Source: Mobula hypostoma
Lineage: Eukaryota
Assembly: GCF_963921235.1 (NCBI RefSeq)
Contig: NC_086108.1
Coordinates: 46,254,001 to 46,318,000 of the forward strand
DNA: 64,000 bases
Direction of reading: 5' to 3'
Part shown: positions 1 to 12,389 of the stretch, in pieces
Numbering within the stretch: position 1 is the stretch's first letter
Layout: the number at the start of each line of letters is the position of its first letter
The notes under the pieces: model-generated
Seen by the model: the letters and a program-made list of their open reading frames with translations, nothing else
Told to the model about the DNA's origin: nothing
The model's database searches: none
Translations under genes and position numbers: made by a program

Positions 1-555
1 TACAGAAGTACTATGAGTCATGAAGCTGCATGTGCAACTCCACAATGTATCCATACAGCTTGCCATCGAAGCAGCAGTGAGCTCCATACAAGGAATAGAA
101 ACTGACCTCATTGGAGTGACCCTAGATTTTCCCATGATAAAAGCACCGTGTACCTGACAGCGTGTGCTGTGCGACTATAGGTAGGTCACTGCTCCGTAGC
201 CATCTTTGCTTGCTTCTGTAAGGTAGTATAACTGTACAGCAATAACATCTCCAAAATTCAGGGGCTTCAAATATCTCACAATCTTGAAGTCTTCCAAATG
301 TCAGAGTTCTTCCAGCCAGCTTTTCCACTCTTAAGAAACTGATGTAGGGATAGTGTCATCCCAGCCAAGCTTTCTTAGATAGATCTTGTAGGATCTCTTA
401 GCAGATAGCACCGCTGGACACAAGATTCCTATAGGATCATAGATGGTTTTAACTGTAGAGAGGATCCCCCTTCTGGTGAGTGGTTTATCTGGATCATGAT
501 CTTAAGCTTGGAAGTATCAGACTGAATGCACCAGTGCACACTGGAGAAGGCCATC
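1..555 (-). mobile_element. BEL/Pao LTR retrotransposon pol remnant (Pao peptidase A17/RNase H region), degenerate
   Basis: Manual minus-strand translation reads KPLTRRGILSTVKTIYDPIGILCPAVLSAK...KLGWDDTIP...EASKDGYGAVTYL...AFIMGKSRVTPMRSVSIPCMELTAA with stops; these motifs are typical of BEL/Pao elements. Confidence 0.85.
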
Positions 556-639
556 AAAGCTGTCAAATAAATATATTTGGTCTCAGTGGAAAAAGGGCAG
601 AGGTGCTATTGAGAGGGAGAGGGATTACAGTGGAATTAT

Positions 640-1775
640 AGAGGCATGAGAGGAGCTGGCCAAAGCTGACTGAAAGGAGGCACTAGCAGAGTTATCAGCA
701 AAACAGCAGTGGCTGTAGGTTCTGGGAGATATTTCGGAAGGCACAGGATGGATACATCCCAAAGAAAGAGTACTCTAAAGGAAGGATGATGCAACTGTAG
801 CTGACAAAAGAAGTCAAAAAATAACATAAAAGCAAAAGAAAGGGAATATAATAGAGCAAAAATTAGTGGTAAATTAGAAGATTAGGAAGGTTTTAAAAAA
901 ATCAACATAAGGCAACTAAAAATGCCATGGGGGGAAAAGACGAAGTATGAAGGTAAGCTGGCCTATAGTAAAGAGAATACCAAAGGATTTTTCAGATATA
1001 TAATGTGCAAAGGGAGGTAAGAATAGGTATCTGACCACTAGAAAATGATGCTGGGGTGGTAATAATAGGGCACAACGAAATGGCAGATGAACTAAGTAAG
1101 TATTTTGCATTCATCTTCTCAGTGGAAGACACTAGTAGTATGCCAGAAGTTTGAGAGTGTCAGGGGGCAGAAGTGAATGCAATTGCTTAGGAAGCTGAAA
1201 AGTCTGAAAGCAGATAAGTCACCTGGACTAGATGGACTATACCCCAGGGTTCTGAAAAGGTAGCTGACGATATTGTGGACGGTTTAAGGCAATGATCTTT
1301 TAAGAATCACTAGATTCTGACTGGTTCCAGAGGACTGGAAAATTACAAAGATCACTCCACTCTTCAAGAAGGGAGGGAGGCAGCAGAAAGGAAATTATAG
1401 ACCAGTTAGCCTGACCTCAGTGGTTGGGAAGATGTTGGAGTCCACTAAGCACGAGATTTTGGGATACTTAGAAGCACATGACAAAATAGGCAAAAGTCAG
1501 CATGTTTCCTTAAGGGAAAATCTTGTCTAACAAATCCATTGGAATTATTTGAGGAAATAACAAGCAGGATAGACAAAGGAGAATTTGAGGATGTTGCATA
1601 TTTGGATTTTCAGAAGACCTTTAATAAGGTACCGCACATGAGGCTGCTTAATAAGAGCCCATGGTATTACAGGAAAGATACTAGCATGGATAGAACATTG
1701 GCTGACTGGCAGGAGGCAAAGAGTGGAAATAAAGGGAGCCTTTTCTCATTGGCTGCCGGTGACTAGTGGTGTTCC
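640..1775 (+). mobile_element. CR1 LINE ORF2 fragment (decayed)
   Basis: DKSPGLDG, NYRPVSLTSVVGK and YLDFQKTFNKVPH motifs; similar to the CR1 at 41000-42130. Confidence 0.9.
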
Positions 1776-1789
1776 TTAAACACTGCACT

Positions 1790-3310
1790 AATAGCTGTCT
1801 AAAATTTTCACATACGTGTTCAATCAGTTTCTTAGACTATGCACAGTTCCAGAATATTTCAAGAAATCTGTTATTATTCTAGTCTCCAAAACAAAAATCA
1901 AAGATCACTGGACCTAATGACCATGGGCCAGTTGCAGTCACTTATTTCTAAATAAAATAAATTTTAAAAAACATCAGTCGTAATGAAGACTTTTGAAAGG
2001 CTGGTCATGTCACTTCTCAAATCCATAATTCAAAAATTTTCTAGATCTGCTGCAATTTCCTGCAGAGCCAACAGATCTGTTGATGATGCAGTTAACATCA
2101 GTCTGGACTTCATACTACAGTACCTCTACTCCCCTGGAACGCATGTCAGGATCCTCTTTGTTGATCTTAGTTCAGCCTTCAAAACCATCATCACTGAGCT
2201 TCTGCAAGAGAAACTCTGTAAACTTAACGTATCAGATCCCATATGCAGATGGATCACAAACATCTTCTCTGACAGGAGGCAGGAAGTGAGATGAACAAGC
2301 ATATCTCTACATCCCACTCACTCAATGATGGTGTTCTCTTCTTTCCACTATTGTCTGTATACACCAATGACAGCTTCTCCAGTGATCCATCAGTTAAACT
2401 GAAAAAACCTGTGGCCAATATCACTGTCATTGGACTAATCACCAGAGGCGTCAAATCCAAGTACCACTTGAGGTACACAAGTGTCCTGGTGTAATCACGA
2501 CAACTTAGAGATGAATGCCCTCAAAACAGTGGAGACACAATTGCCTTCCGGAGAAATGTGACCCCTCTCCACCCACTCATCATACTCAACTCTACAGTTA
2601 GCACCATTTCAATATTCAAGTTCCTGGGCACATTGACTTCCCAGGACATCAAGTGGGAGAACCGTATCTCCTTCATTAACAAAAAAAAAGCTTAGCATTG
2701 AACATATTTCTTCCCTGGAACATAATGGAGCAAAATCCACACTACTCTCATTGAGAGTATCCCAGGGTATCCTCACATCAGCCATTATCGTCTGGTTTGG
2801 TGCGGCAGTCTCTCACAATGCATAAAAACTACAGTGATCTGTCAGGTCAGTAGAAAACGTCATTGGCTGCAGTATATCATCACTGCAGGGTTGTATGTGT
2901 CCAAGACAAAGAAGCGGGCAGGGAATGTGATCCTCGATACTACCCATTCTGCAAACTGCCTTTTCCAAAAACTCCCTTCTAGAAAGTGCTATAAGCTATT
3001 AGAATGAATACTTTCTGCCATCTTAAAAGTTTGTTTCCCCAGATCAATCATTCTAGTTAGCTCACCCTCTCACTGCAATGCACTGTAAACACTTAAAACA
3101 CTTTTTTATAAATCTGATACATTGTAAATGCATGCTGATATTTATGTATACATGCATACTTTGTTCCATATATGTACTTTAACCTAGCTTATAAAGAATA
3201 AAGAATATAAAAGTAATTGTTAAATATTGTTTTTTGTGGCATGTGGTACCAACATACCACAGCAAATACCCAATACATATAGTATATATGTTGAATAAAG
3301 CTGATCCTTG
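1790..3310 (+). mobile_element. Rex1/Babar-type non-LTR retrotransposon RT fragment (decayed)
   Basis: ORF 1983-2294 MKTFERLV...RSVDDAVN...VRILFVDLSSAFKTI...CRWITNIFSDRRQEVR; AT-rich 3' UTR ending near AATAAA at ~3295. Confidence 0.85.
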
Positions 3311-3529
3311 ATTCGTAACTTATGGGGTAGATAGTAATTTTATTAACTCCTATAAAATCAGAATCAGGTTTATCATGACTGACATATGCTGTGAAATTCA
3401 TTGTTTTGTGGCAGCACCACAGTGGAATACATAAAAAAAAATTACTATACGTTACAATAAAAAATAAAATAAATAAATAATGCAGAAGCGGAATAGTGAC
3501 ATCGTGTTCATGAACTATTCAAAAATCTG

Positions 3530-4290
3530 ACTGCCATCCATTCCAGGCAACATCCTGGCAAATCTCCTCTGCACTGTCTATTGACAGCACATCCTTCCAG
3601 TCGTGTGGTGACCAGAATTGTGCACAATATTCCAAATGGAGTCTAACCAATGTTTTGTACAGCTGTAACTCTTATACTTGTACCTCAACTTGTGAGTGCA
3701 AGCATATCAAAAAATCTATCCTTTAACCAACTCCAAGATCAATCCAATCCTTCCTCCACATAGCCCTCCAAAGTCCTCCTTCTTTCATCCAAATGCTTTA
3801 TCCAAGAGTCTCTTAAATGTCCCTAATATATCTGCTTCTACCACCATCTGTGGCAGTGCATTCCACACACCCAGCACTCTCTCTGTAAAAAACCTGCCTC
3901 TGACATTCCTCCCAACAAGTTAAAATCGTGCCCCCTCAAATTCCCCTGGGAAGAAAATCTGTAGCTGTCCATTTGATCTATACCTATCATCTTGCACACC
4001 TCTATCAAATCTCTTTCTCTTCCTCTTGTTTTCCAAAGAAAATAGCCCTAGCTTGCTCAATCTATCTTCATATATCATGCTCTCTAATCCAGGCATTATC
4101 CTAGTGAATCTCCTCTGCACCTTCTCTAAAACTTCCACATCCTTCCTATGAGACAAACAGAACTGAACACAATTTTCAAAGTGTAATCTAAGCAGAGTTC
4201 TATAGAGCTACAACATAACCTCATAGCTGTCAAACTCAATCCCCTGACTAATGAAGGCTAATATACCAAACAACTCCCTAACCACACTAT
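3530..4290 (-). mobile_element. CR1 LINE 3' fragments
   Basis: ORF 3920-4156 RKDVEVLEKVQRRFTRIMPGLESM...LGLFSLE. Confidence 0.85.
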
Positions 4291-4699
4291 TTATTTTCAA
4301 TTATCAATCTATCTGTCCTTTTGCAAAGAAATCTAAGTTTTAGAACACAACTACTTTACACAATATAGATTTAGTCTGACACCGCCCCCCCCCCCCCATG
4401 TTTAAAGTTCCTATACTTAAGCCGGTGCTCTGGGCTTGTAAAACCAGTGAGGTTATAGGCTCCTGCATAAGCAATGCATATCAAGTGAACTAGATCTCCT
4501 GCCAGGTTGAAATCCTAACCCTGACGCAGAGGGACTCTAGTCCTCAGGCAATGCTGTATTTGGTCACTCCATACCCAAGGGGGCGGATCCACTTTGCACT
4601 CTACAATTAATTGAACCTTCAAAGGCAATGACACAAAACAAACAGGGTCCCGTTGATGTGTGTAAAATTCAAACAGAACCACTGCAGCCACTCTCAGCA

Positions 4700-5040
4700 G
4701 AGGAGGCGTATGCACTGCCTGTTGCAGGCCTCAGTTCCCGGGCCCACTTACTGTGAAACTCGGCGCTCTTGGTGCCCCGCACGATGTCCTTGTGCTCCGA
4801 GCCGTCTCTGCGGCTCAGCCGCACCAAGATGTATTTGAACACCCCGTCAGGGTCGATTTCCACGTCCGCGACGCCGGCTAAGGTGGTCATGGCCCTGCGG
4901 TATTGCAGCGTACCGGGTGAAGGGACGGCTAAGCGACGGGCTATCGGGCGCACCATGCGCCAGACGGAAGACAGCGCCAGCATTGCGCGGGGAGCAGGCG
5001 GGACTTCGCTGGGAGAGGGCGCTTGGACACCAATGCTGTC
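4700..5040. promoter_or_regulatory. CpG island / promoter-exon 1 region of the PHPT1-like gene
   Basis: Local high GC with dense CpG dinucleotides against an AT-rich, CpG-depleted background; overlaps the first coding exon. Confidence 0.75.
4752..4983 (-). CDS. PHPT1: 14 kDa phosphohistidine phosphatase (PHPT1/Janus-ocnus family)-like, first coding exon; downstream exons not found in the window (probably beyond the left edge)
   Basis: From ATG 4890 (GCC-ATG): MTTLAGVADVEIDPDGVFKYILVRLSRRDGSEHKDIVRGTKSAEFH, matching the PHPT1 N-terminal motifs DVDIDxDGVFKY and IVRG...AEYH including the catalytic His. The exon ends at a phase-1 GTAAGT donor (4751-4746). An in-frame upstream ATG at 4983 adds 31 aa. 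May be a PHPT1 paralog rather than the ortholog. Confidence 0.9.
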
Positions 5041-5329
5041 CTGCCAACTGGAGGTGTGGTCACTGTAGGCAAATAAAAACACCTTGGATCTTGAGAAATT
5101 AACATCAATCGGGGACCCCACCCCCGAGAAGACAGTTGTTGAGTTAAAATTAGAAAATTGTGAATGCAGTATTGAACAGTAGAGCACAGTCCGGGCCCTT
5201 TGCCCCACAATGTTGTTCCGATCTATGTAAACATAATCCATGATCAATCTAACCCCATTTACAGAGTCCATAACTCGCCATTTTTCTTAGATTCTGTGCC
5301 AGGAGTCTTCTGAAATGCCCTTATTGTAT

Positions 5330-5830
5330 CACCCCCTCCATTCCCCGTGTAAATAACCTATCACTGACATATCCCCTAAACTTTCCTCCTCTCAGTTTAC
5401 AATGATGTCCCCTGGTATTAGCCATTACTACCTGAGATAAAGGTGCTGGCTGCCAACCCTGTGTCTCTTAATCATCTTGCACACCTCTATCAAGTCACCT
5501 GTCATCTTCCTTTGCCTCAAAAAGACCCAGCTCAAGCTACCTTACATGCTCTCTAATCTAGACAGATCCTGATATATCTTCTCTGCACTTTCTCCTCCAC
5601 ATCTTTCGCAAAATGAGGTGAACAGAACTGAACACAATACTCAAAGTGTGATCTATGCAAAGTTTTATAGCGCTGCATCATTACCTCATGGCTCTTGAAC
5701 TCAATCTCCAAGTAAAGAAGGCCAGAACACTACACACCTTTTTAACCTTCCTAACAACACCCAACCACCGTACCAAATCCCACTTTGAGGGATCTGTGGG
5801 CTTGGACCTCAGGATCCTTTTGTTCCTCCA
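5330..5830 (-). mobile_element. CR1 LINE 3' fragment (decayed)
   Basis: Reverse-complement similarity to CR1 3' ends elsewhere in the window (cagaactgaacacaatactc; cacctctatcaagtcacc). Confidence 0.75.
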
Positions 5831-5939
5831 CACTGCTAAGAATTCTGCCTTTAAACTTGTATCCATCTTCATATTTGGATGTGTTGCCCAGCTCTATAAA
5901 ATGTTTTATTTCAGCACTTCAATGTTTTATGTCTAATTT

Positions 5940-6330
5940 TCAACTGCCTCTGGAAAGCAGCCAGCATAATCAAGGATCCCACCCACCCAGGTTATTCCCT
6001 CTTCTTCTACCCTGCTGGGCAGAAATACAAAAGCTAAAATGCACAGACCACCAGAATCAAGGTCAGCTTCTACCCCAGTGTTTTCAGACTTTTGAATGGA
6101 CCTCTCACATGCAAAAGGTGAATTCCTGATCTCCCAGTTTACCTTATCTTGGGTCTTAGACTTTATTTGTTTACCTATAATGCACTTTCTCTGTAGCTGC
6201 TACATTATATTCTGCATACTGTTTTATTATTACGACCTCAATGTACTTAAGGCATAATCTGCATAGTTAGCACATAAATAAAAGTTTTCCAATGTATCTC
6301 GGTGCAAATGATAAGAATAACCAATTCTGA
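5940..6330 (+). mobile_element. Rex/Babar-type 3' end fragment
   Basis: gcagccagcataatcaaggatcccacccacc (AASIIKDPTHP motif) followed by a typical 3' UTR. Confidence 0.65.
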
Positions 6331-6773
6331 ATGCAGTTGCATGTACCAGAAGTAAGTTTACCGTGATAGATTGGGGAGCCTCACATGAAAGGAACATTTA
6401 AGAAACAAATTCAGATACTGAAACAGCTTATACATTCCTTCTGGAGCAGAAATACGGAAGGAAAAATGCTGCCATACAAAAGAAGGTGAGGATTGTGTGA
6501 GAACTGAAGAAGAAACAGACACTTATCAGGCATAGGAGCCAGCCTGAGAATTTGAAGCTGTTATGAATTCAGCAAACAAAGACCAAGACTTTGATTAAAA
6601 GAGGAAGTGCAGAGTATGAGAGTAAATTTGTGAGGAACTTAAAATAGAACCAGAAAAGGTGCAAGCATGTGAAAAGAAAAAGGCTAAAGAAGACTAATGT
6701 AATCCCTTACAGTCAGAAATGGGAAAATTTACAATGAGGAAGAGGGACTTGGAAAGCAATTAAACAAATACTT

Positions 6774-7333
6774 TCATCAAAGTTGCTGGTGAATGCAGCA
6801 GGCCAGGCAGCATCTCTAGGAAGAGCTACAGTCGATGTTTCGGAGCGGGACAGAGGGAGAAAAAGATGGCATGAACATTGACTTCTCAAACTTCCGCTAA
6901 CGCCCCACCTCCCCCTCGTACCCCATCCGATATTTATTTATATACACACATTCTTTTTCTCTCTCTCCTTTTTCTCCCTCTGTCCCTCTCACTATATCCC
7001 TTGCCCATGCTCTGGGTTTTCCCCCCTCCCCCTTTTCTTTCTCCCTGGGCCTCCTGTCCCATGATCCTCTCATATCCCTTTTGCCAATCACCTGTCCAGC
7101 TCTTGGCTCCATCCCTCCCCCTCCTGTCTTCTCCTATCATTTTGGATCTCCCCCTCCCCCTCCCACTTTCAAATCTCTTACTATCTCTTCTTTCAGTTAG
7201 TCCTGAGGAAGGGTCTCAGCCCAAAACGTCGACTATACCTCTTCCTAGAGATGCTGCCTGGCCTGCTGCGTTCACCAGCAACTTTGATGTGTTGCTTGAA
7301 TTTCCAGCATCTGCAGAATTCCTCGTGTTTGCG
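6774..7333 (+). mobile_element. Non-autonomous Penelope-like element with inverted termini and a degenerate hammerhead motif
   Basis: 13-bp TSD TAAACAAATACTT (6761-6773 / 7334-7346); 6775-6843 is the inverted copy of ~7221-7289; same family as 31715-33120. Confidence 0.85.
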
Positions 7334-7365
7334 TAAACAAATACTTCGTTTCAGTCCTCAAGTAA

Positions 7366-8238
7366 TGTGACAAGAATACATATAGATTAAGATGTAGCTG
7401 TCCTGTGCTGGCACCAGTGGGATCAGCAGTTGGTCTGCCACCTGTCTTCAGGAGAGAGAGATAAGGAAAACAATGGAGCAGCATTTGGAGATGTTAATGA
7501 AGGGACGGGAGAGAGAGCTGTCATGAGCGGCTCCCCCTTTGAACCCTGAACTGTTTGAAGTGATGGACAGGCGATACCCCAGCAGGGGGATAAAAAGGGA
7601 CAGGTTCGCTAAGGCAGGACACACGACACCCGAGGTAACGAGACCCTGGAAGCGGTGCATCTCTCACAAGTCGGTGGGAAGTTTTGGAAGGCCAGTTGCG
7701 GGACCAGGCCATAGACACACAGGGTGGAAAGGCACGATCGGCGGGAACCTGGTGTGTGTCCACCCTTGCCTGGGTGCCGGGTTCACTGCAGAGAAACGAT
7801 CGTATCTGGAAACAGAGGGGTCACAGTCGGTGACCTCGGATGACATCACAAAGGACTCGCCCGAAAGCTGTCTGCGAAGGTCTGTGTGGAAGCGGTTTTG
7901 AATATTCATTCGTTTTGCTCTCTCTCTCCTCCCCCCCACTGTCCATCGCCACGGCAGCGATTACTGCGAACTGAACTGAACGAAATTGAACTGAACTTTG
8001 CGTCACTTTGAAACTGGTCATTTACCCCTAGACAACGATAGAGTTTGATTGATCCTGTTATCTTAATTCTGTGTACATGTATGTTTATCATTGCTGAACT
8101 GTTGCATTCATTATCCTTTTGATTAGAGTACTGTGTTGCTTGTTTCTTTAATAAAACTTTCTTAGTTCTAGTAATCCAGACTCCAACTGAGTGATCCATT
8201 TCTGCTGGTTTGGCAACCCAGTTACAGGGTACGTAACA
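7366..8238 (+). mobile_element. Solo LTR (873 bp)
   Basis: TGTGAC...GTAACA termini, 4-bp TSD GTAA (7362-7365 / 8239-8242), AATAAA near 8150. Confidence 0.85.
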
Positions 8239-10679
8239 GTAAGAAAAGGCAAATAATTTCCTGAATTGTGAGGAAAACAAGAAGGTCATGAAAAGGAGAA
8301 ATTAAAGAAAATAATTAGTAGAATGATAATGCAGGAGAAATAAAATGGACAGTCAGTAAAACTTCGCTGATCATCTGCATTTCACAATTCTAAAATAGTG
8401 GAAACTTTGGTTGTCATCTAGTGGAGGGTAGCAAATGTAATCCCACAATTTAAAAAGCAACAGAGATAAACACACACACACACACCCTGATCAGTAGTTG
8501 GGAAAATATCTATGTTAAGCTTACTGAAGATGTAACATAAAATTAGCAGGAAAACCTGGAAAATGTTACCTCAACGGTGAGGGATTGAGTAATCTGGGAA
8601 ACCTAATTCATGATTCAATTAAGGTTACAATTGTTACAGCAAATAATTGGGAATACTTACACATTATTGTTTATTGGAAATCAAATACAGAAGGAAGAAG
8701 GTCATGCTTTAGTTTTATAGGATTTTTATAAGGTCACATCAGGTCACTACTGAAAATGGTTTTGCTCTTTTCACTTAAAGAAGGAGTCAGATAGAGAATT
8801 AAAGTGGCCTTATTTCTTCACTTTGATTCACTTTGGCCGACCTGTCTGTGGGCATCTGCATCATTACAAAAAAAGTCCAGGGTAAGCGTTAGGAAAAAAA
8901 TCAACTTCTGGTATCAGTTAAGTTGCAGGTGTTTGGACTTAATATTAACTCCTCCGTTTTAGATATGTTCTTTTTATCAAACGTTCGTTCAAGGGATGTA
9001 GGCTTATAGGCTGATCCAGCATTTAATTGCCTATTGTTTGTTTACTATCTACAAAGTGTGCTAAAATGAATAGAAGGTGTTAACTCCAAACCCTTAGCTG
9101 TTGATATATTTGTTCAGTGGTTTCTCAGTAATGGCACCTTTGACAAGGCAACGCTCTGTGGTGATGCTTACTGGATGAAGAATAGTAGAATCTGCAGGCA
9201 TGCCAGCGGCTGCTCCATCAGTGTCACATCTCTACATAACAAAGGGTAAGAAAACATTTGAACTTTGCCAGTATGTTCAGAATAACTTACAACAATAGTT
9301 TTTTAAAAATACGTATAATAATAATAATTACTAACCATAACAATTGTTTTCAACCTGAATTGTAGTACATTTCCCACTTCACGATGCTGTATGTGGGTGT
9401 TGATATCCTAGTGCAAAGTCAATGGTCTGAGTCAGTGTCCCCTGTGACTTATCTCTGGCTACTACCTTTGCTTGTGATTATGAAGAGAATCCTTACTTGC
9501 CCTAGGTGGGCCAACTTCACACAGCTACCCAGGGCCAATGGAAGGATAACTGTCTGTGGGGCATGCTGTTTGGAGGTACTGGTGGGCAGAGACTTGAATC
9601 TCACATGAAGAAGGATACTGATGTCCAGAACCTACAGGTGAGGGAACCTCTCAGGAGAGGGCAACAGTCTGCTGGCAGTCAGACCAGAACAGGCATGAAT
9701 TGGCAGGTTCCCCATCTTAACTCATTGCCATGGAGTCAGCTCTCAGTCCCGCCTGAACAGGACTTCCTCAAGCTGTGCAGTGGTGTCAGGGGATGGCCTA
9801 TCCAGTCGTCGCCCCTTGGAGGGTGTGTGGAGTGAGGACACCATGCTGATTTATTTGCTGGGATGATGACAATCCCATCACACAGGCCCCACAGGTTCAG
9901 GTGCTGTTCTGATGTGCATACACTGATAGAATCCACACAGTCTTTCTACTTACATATGTGCAGTTTCATCTGGTTGCAGATGGATCTTAGGGAAGAGGAA
10001 AATGAGCTGGCTACATGGGCCCAGAGTTACCCTACCACTGAGCACGATTATGACTAATTTGATTTTGGCCTCAAGTCTACTTTTCTACTTTTTCCCCATA
10101 GCCCCGATCCTTTATAGCTACCTCAGCCCTGACTGAGTCTTCAAACCTCCTTGGTGTAGTGAATTCCAAAAAATAAATTGCTCCTCATCACCAACTTAAA
10201 ATGGGTGTCTCCTTATTCTGAAAATGGCTCCCTGACTGAGTATTCCTCGAGAAGGAAAATATCCCCTTGGCATTTATTGTGTCAATCACTTACAAACTTA
10301 CATTTTAATGCTCATTTACATTTTTCTGAACTCCAATCAGTCCAAAGCTAATCTGCTCAGTCTCTCATTTTAAGACAGCCCCCCATCTCAAAGTGTGCTG
10401 ATCAGGTCCCGATTGAGCTCGTTTCAGAGTGTAAGTCACCTGGACATTGTTTTAAATGTCTTTTTCGCTGCTCATTATGAATCTTATGTGGATTTGCAAG
10501 GATGTATCTCATTTTAAACACTGTGTCTCAAAGCTGGCTGAAAGCTTTGGAGATTAGTTCAATATTTTCAAATAGTGACAGAGATAAGCAGGTTGGATAT
10601 GAAGAAGTACACCTTCAAATGTTCACTGCTCGGGACAGTTGTCACTAAACAAATTTACCAACTAAACAAGTTCAACAAC

Positions 10680-11545
10680 GTTTGTTGTTGGCTCAGTGAA
10701 AGGTGGTGACGAATCAGCTTACAGAAGGGAGATTGAAATTCTGGCTGAAGGGTGCCACAACAGCAATATCTCATTCAACTCCAGCAAAATGAAAGGGCTG
10801 ATTGTCGACTGCACGAGGAACAAGCCAGAGGTCCATGAGCCAGTCCTCATTAGGGGAATGGAGGTGGAAAGGGTCAGTAACTTCAAATTCTTTGGTGTTA
10901 TGTCAGCTGATCTGTCCTGGGGCCAGCACAGAGGTGTCCTCACAAAGAAGGCACAACAGTACCTCTACTTTCTTACAAGTTTGCATAGATTCAGCATGTC
11001 ACCTAAAACCTTGACAGACTTCTATAGATGCACAGTGGAGAGTATCCTGACTGATTGCACCCTAGCCTGGTATGGAAACACCGATGTCCAGGAATGGAAA
11101 AGTCTGGAGAAAGTGGTGGATACAGCCTTGTCCATCACAGGAGAAGCCCTCTCCACCACATGGATGGTGCACTACCACAAGAAAACAGCATACATCATCA
11201 AGGACTTACATTATCCAGGCCATGCTTTCTTCTTGCTACTGCCATCAGGAGCCTTTGGTCCAACACCACCAGGTTTAGGAACAGTTATTCAGGCTCCTGA
11301 ACCGGTGTAGGTAACTTCAGTCATCTCAACTTTGAACTGATTCCATAACCTCCAGATTCACTTTCAAGCACTCCATAGCTCATGTTTTCAGTATTATTTA
11401 TTTGGCAACTTCCTCTTCTTTTGCACATTGGTTGTTTGTCAGTCTTTGTTTATGTCTAATTTTTTTCATAAATTCTATTGTATTTCTTTATTTACCTGTA
11501 AATGCCTCCAAGAATGAATTTTAATGTACTTGGATAATAAATCTA
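10680..11545 (+). mobile_element. Rex1/Babar-type LINE 3' fragment
   Basis: ORF 10696-11310 DESAYRREI...VERVSNFKFFGV...KKAQQYLYFL...FYRCTVESILT...AWYGN. Confidence 0.9.
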
Positions 11546-12389
11546 CTTTGACTTTATTGCTAAACTGGCATAGTTAGATATTTAATTGTACTCATATTTT
11601 TAATAAGATTATTCCAAGTTCACTGGGTGAAATAATTCAAACATAATTTCTGGTAAATGCTTTCCCGTGTCCATCAAGGCTTCAAAAGACTTTTGCCTGA
11701 ACCTGGCAAAGAATGCTTTTTTTTTATACAGCTGTTTTCTTGCCTTAGGTCATTCAAAACTGTGACTTTTTCCTTCCTATTCTGAATTTATAATTGTTTG
11801 ATGCTGTTCTGTTCCACATTTGAGTTCAACTATGCCAATAATCAGAATTTGGAGGAAGAAAATGTTTATCTTTCGTAGAATTAGAAACTTGAATCGGAGC
11901 TGATTCTGAGTACTCTTGATACTTATTCCCCACTGATCCCTGTTCTTGGTCAGTGATTGGAAGTGTAATCTGATGGGAATATTCTTCAGTTTTTACTTTT
12001 TTGATTTTGTATTTTGGTTTGACTTACTGGAAGTAGGTTCACAGATTTTTATTTTTCCAGAATATTCCACAATTATATTTTGTTTATCATCTGAAACTCA
12101 GATCTTAGTAGTAAAAAAGTGGAAGCAATAAATCAAACACAAATTGATCAAACAGGAAGTTTTTCCTCAGGTAATATTTTCATATAGGGATTTATTATAA
12201 CAATTGGATAAACTTTCAACAAGTATTTATTCACCTTTCTTGTGCCCATTTTGTATGAGAGCTTTATTTTTCTAGGTTATTGTGGTTGCCATTAAATTAA
12301 TTATGATAGGGACTGCATGCAATATGTCAAATGCAGATACAAGTCCTTTTAGGAAAGGAAAGTCAAGCAAGGACACATCAGAAGCATCT

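Larger units (their letters stand above)
6400..8770 (+). mobile_element. Old CR1 remnant interrupted by a Penelope-derived element and a solo LTR
   Basis: CR1-like pieces (ttacagtcagaaatgggaaaatttacaatg; gggtagcaaatgtaatcccac; ctgatcagtagttgggaaa) on both sides of the inserts. Confidence 0.6.

Noticed and set aside
1..4751. Search for PHPT1-like exons 2-3 (CLGGG...H and YG.ADH motifs)
   Set aside because: Not found; the interval is almost entirely TE-derived, so these exons probably lie left of the window
4669..5271. 200-aa ORF treated as a single-exon protein
   Set aside because: Only 4983/4890-4752 is supported. A strong donor follows the catalytic His, and the flanking translation is intron or promoter read-through
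6878..7336. Pro/Leu-rich ORFs here and at 32715-33125 and 31767-32120
   Set aside because: Translations of the pyrimidine-rich Penelope UTR, not host genes
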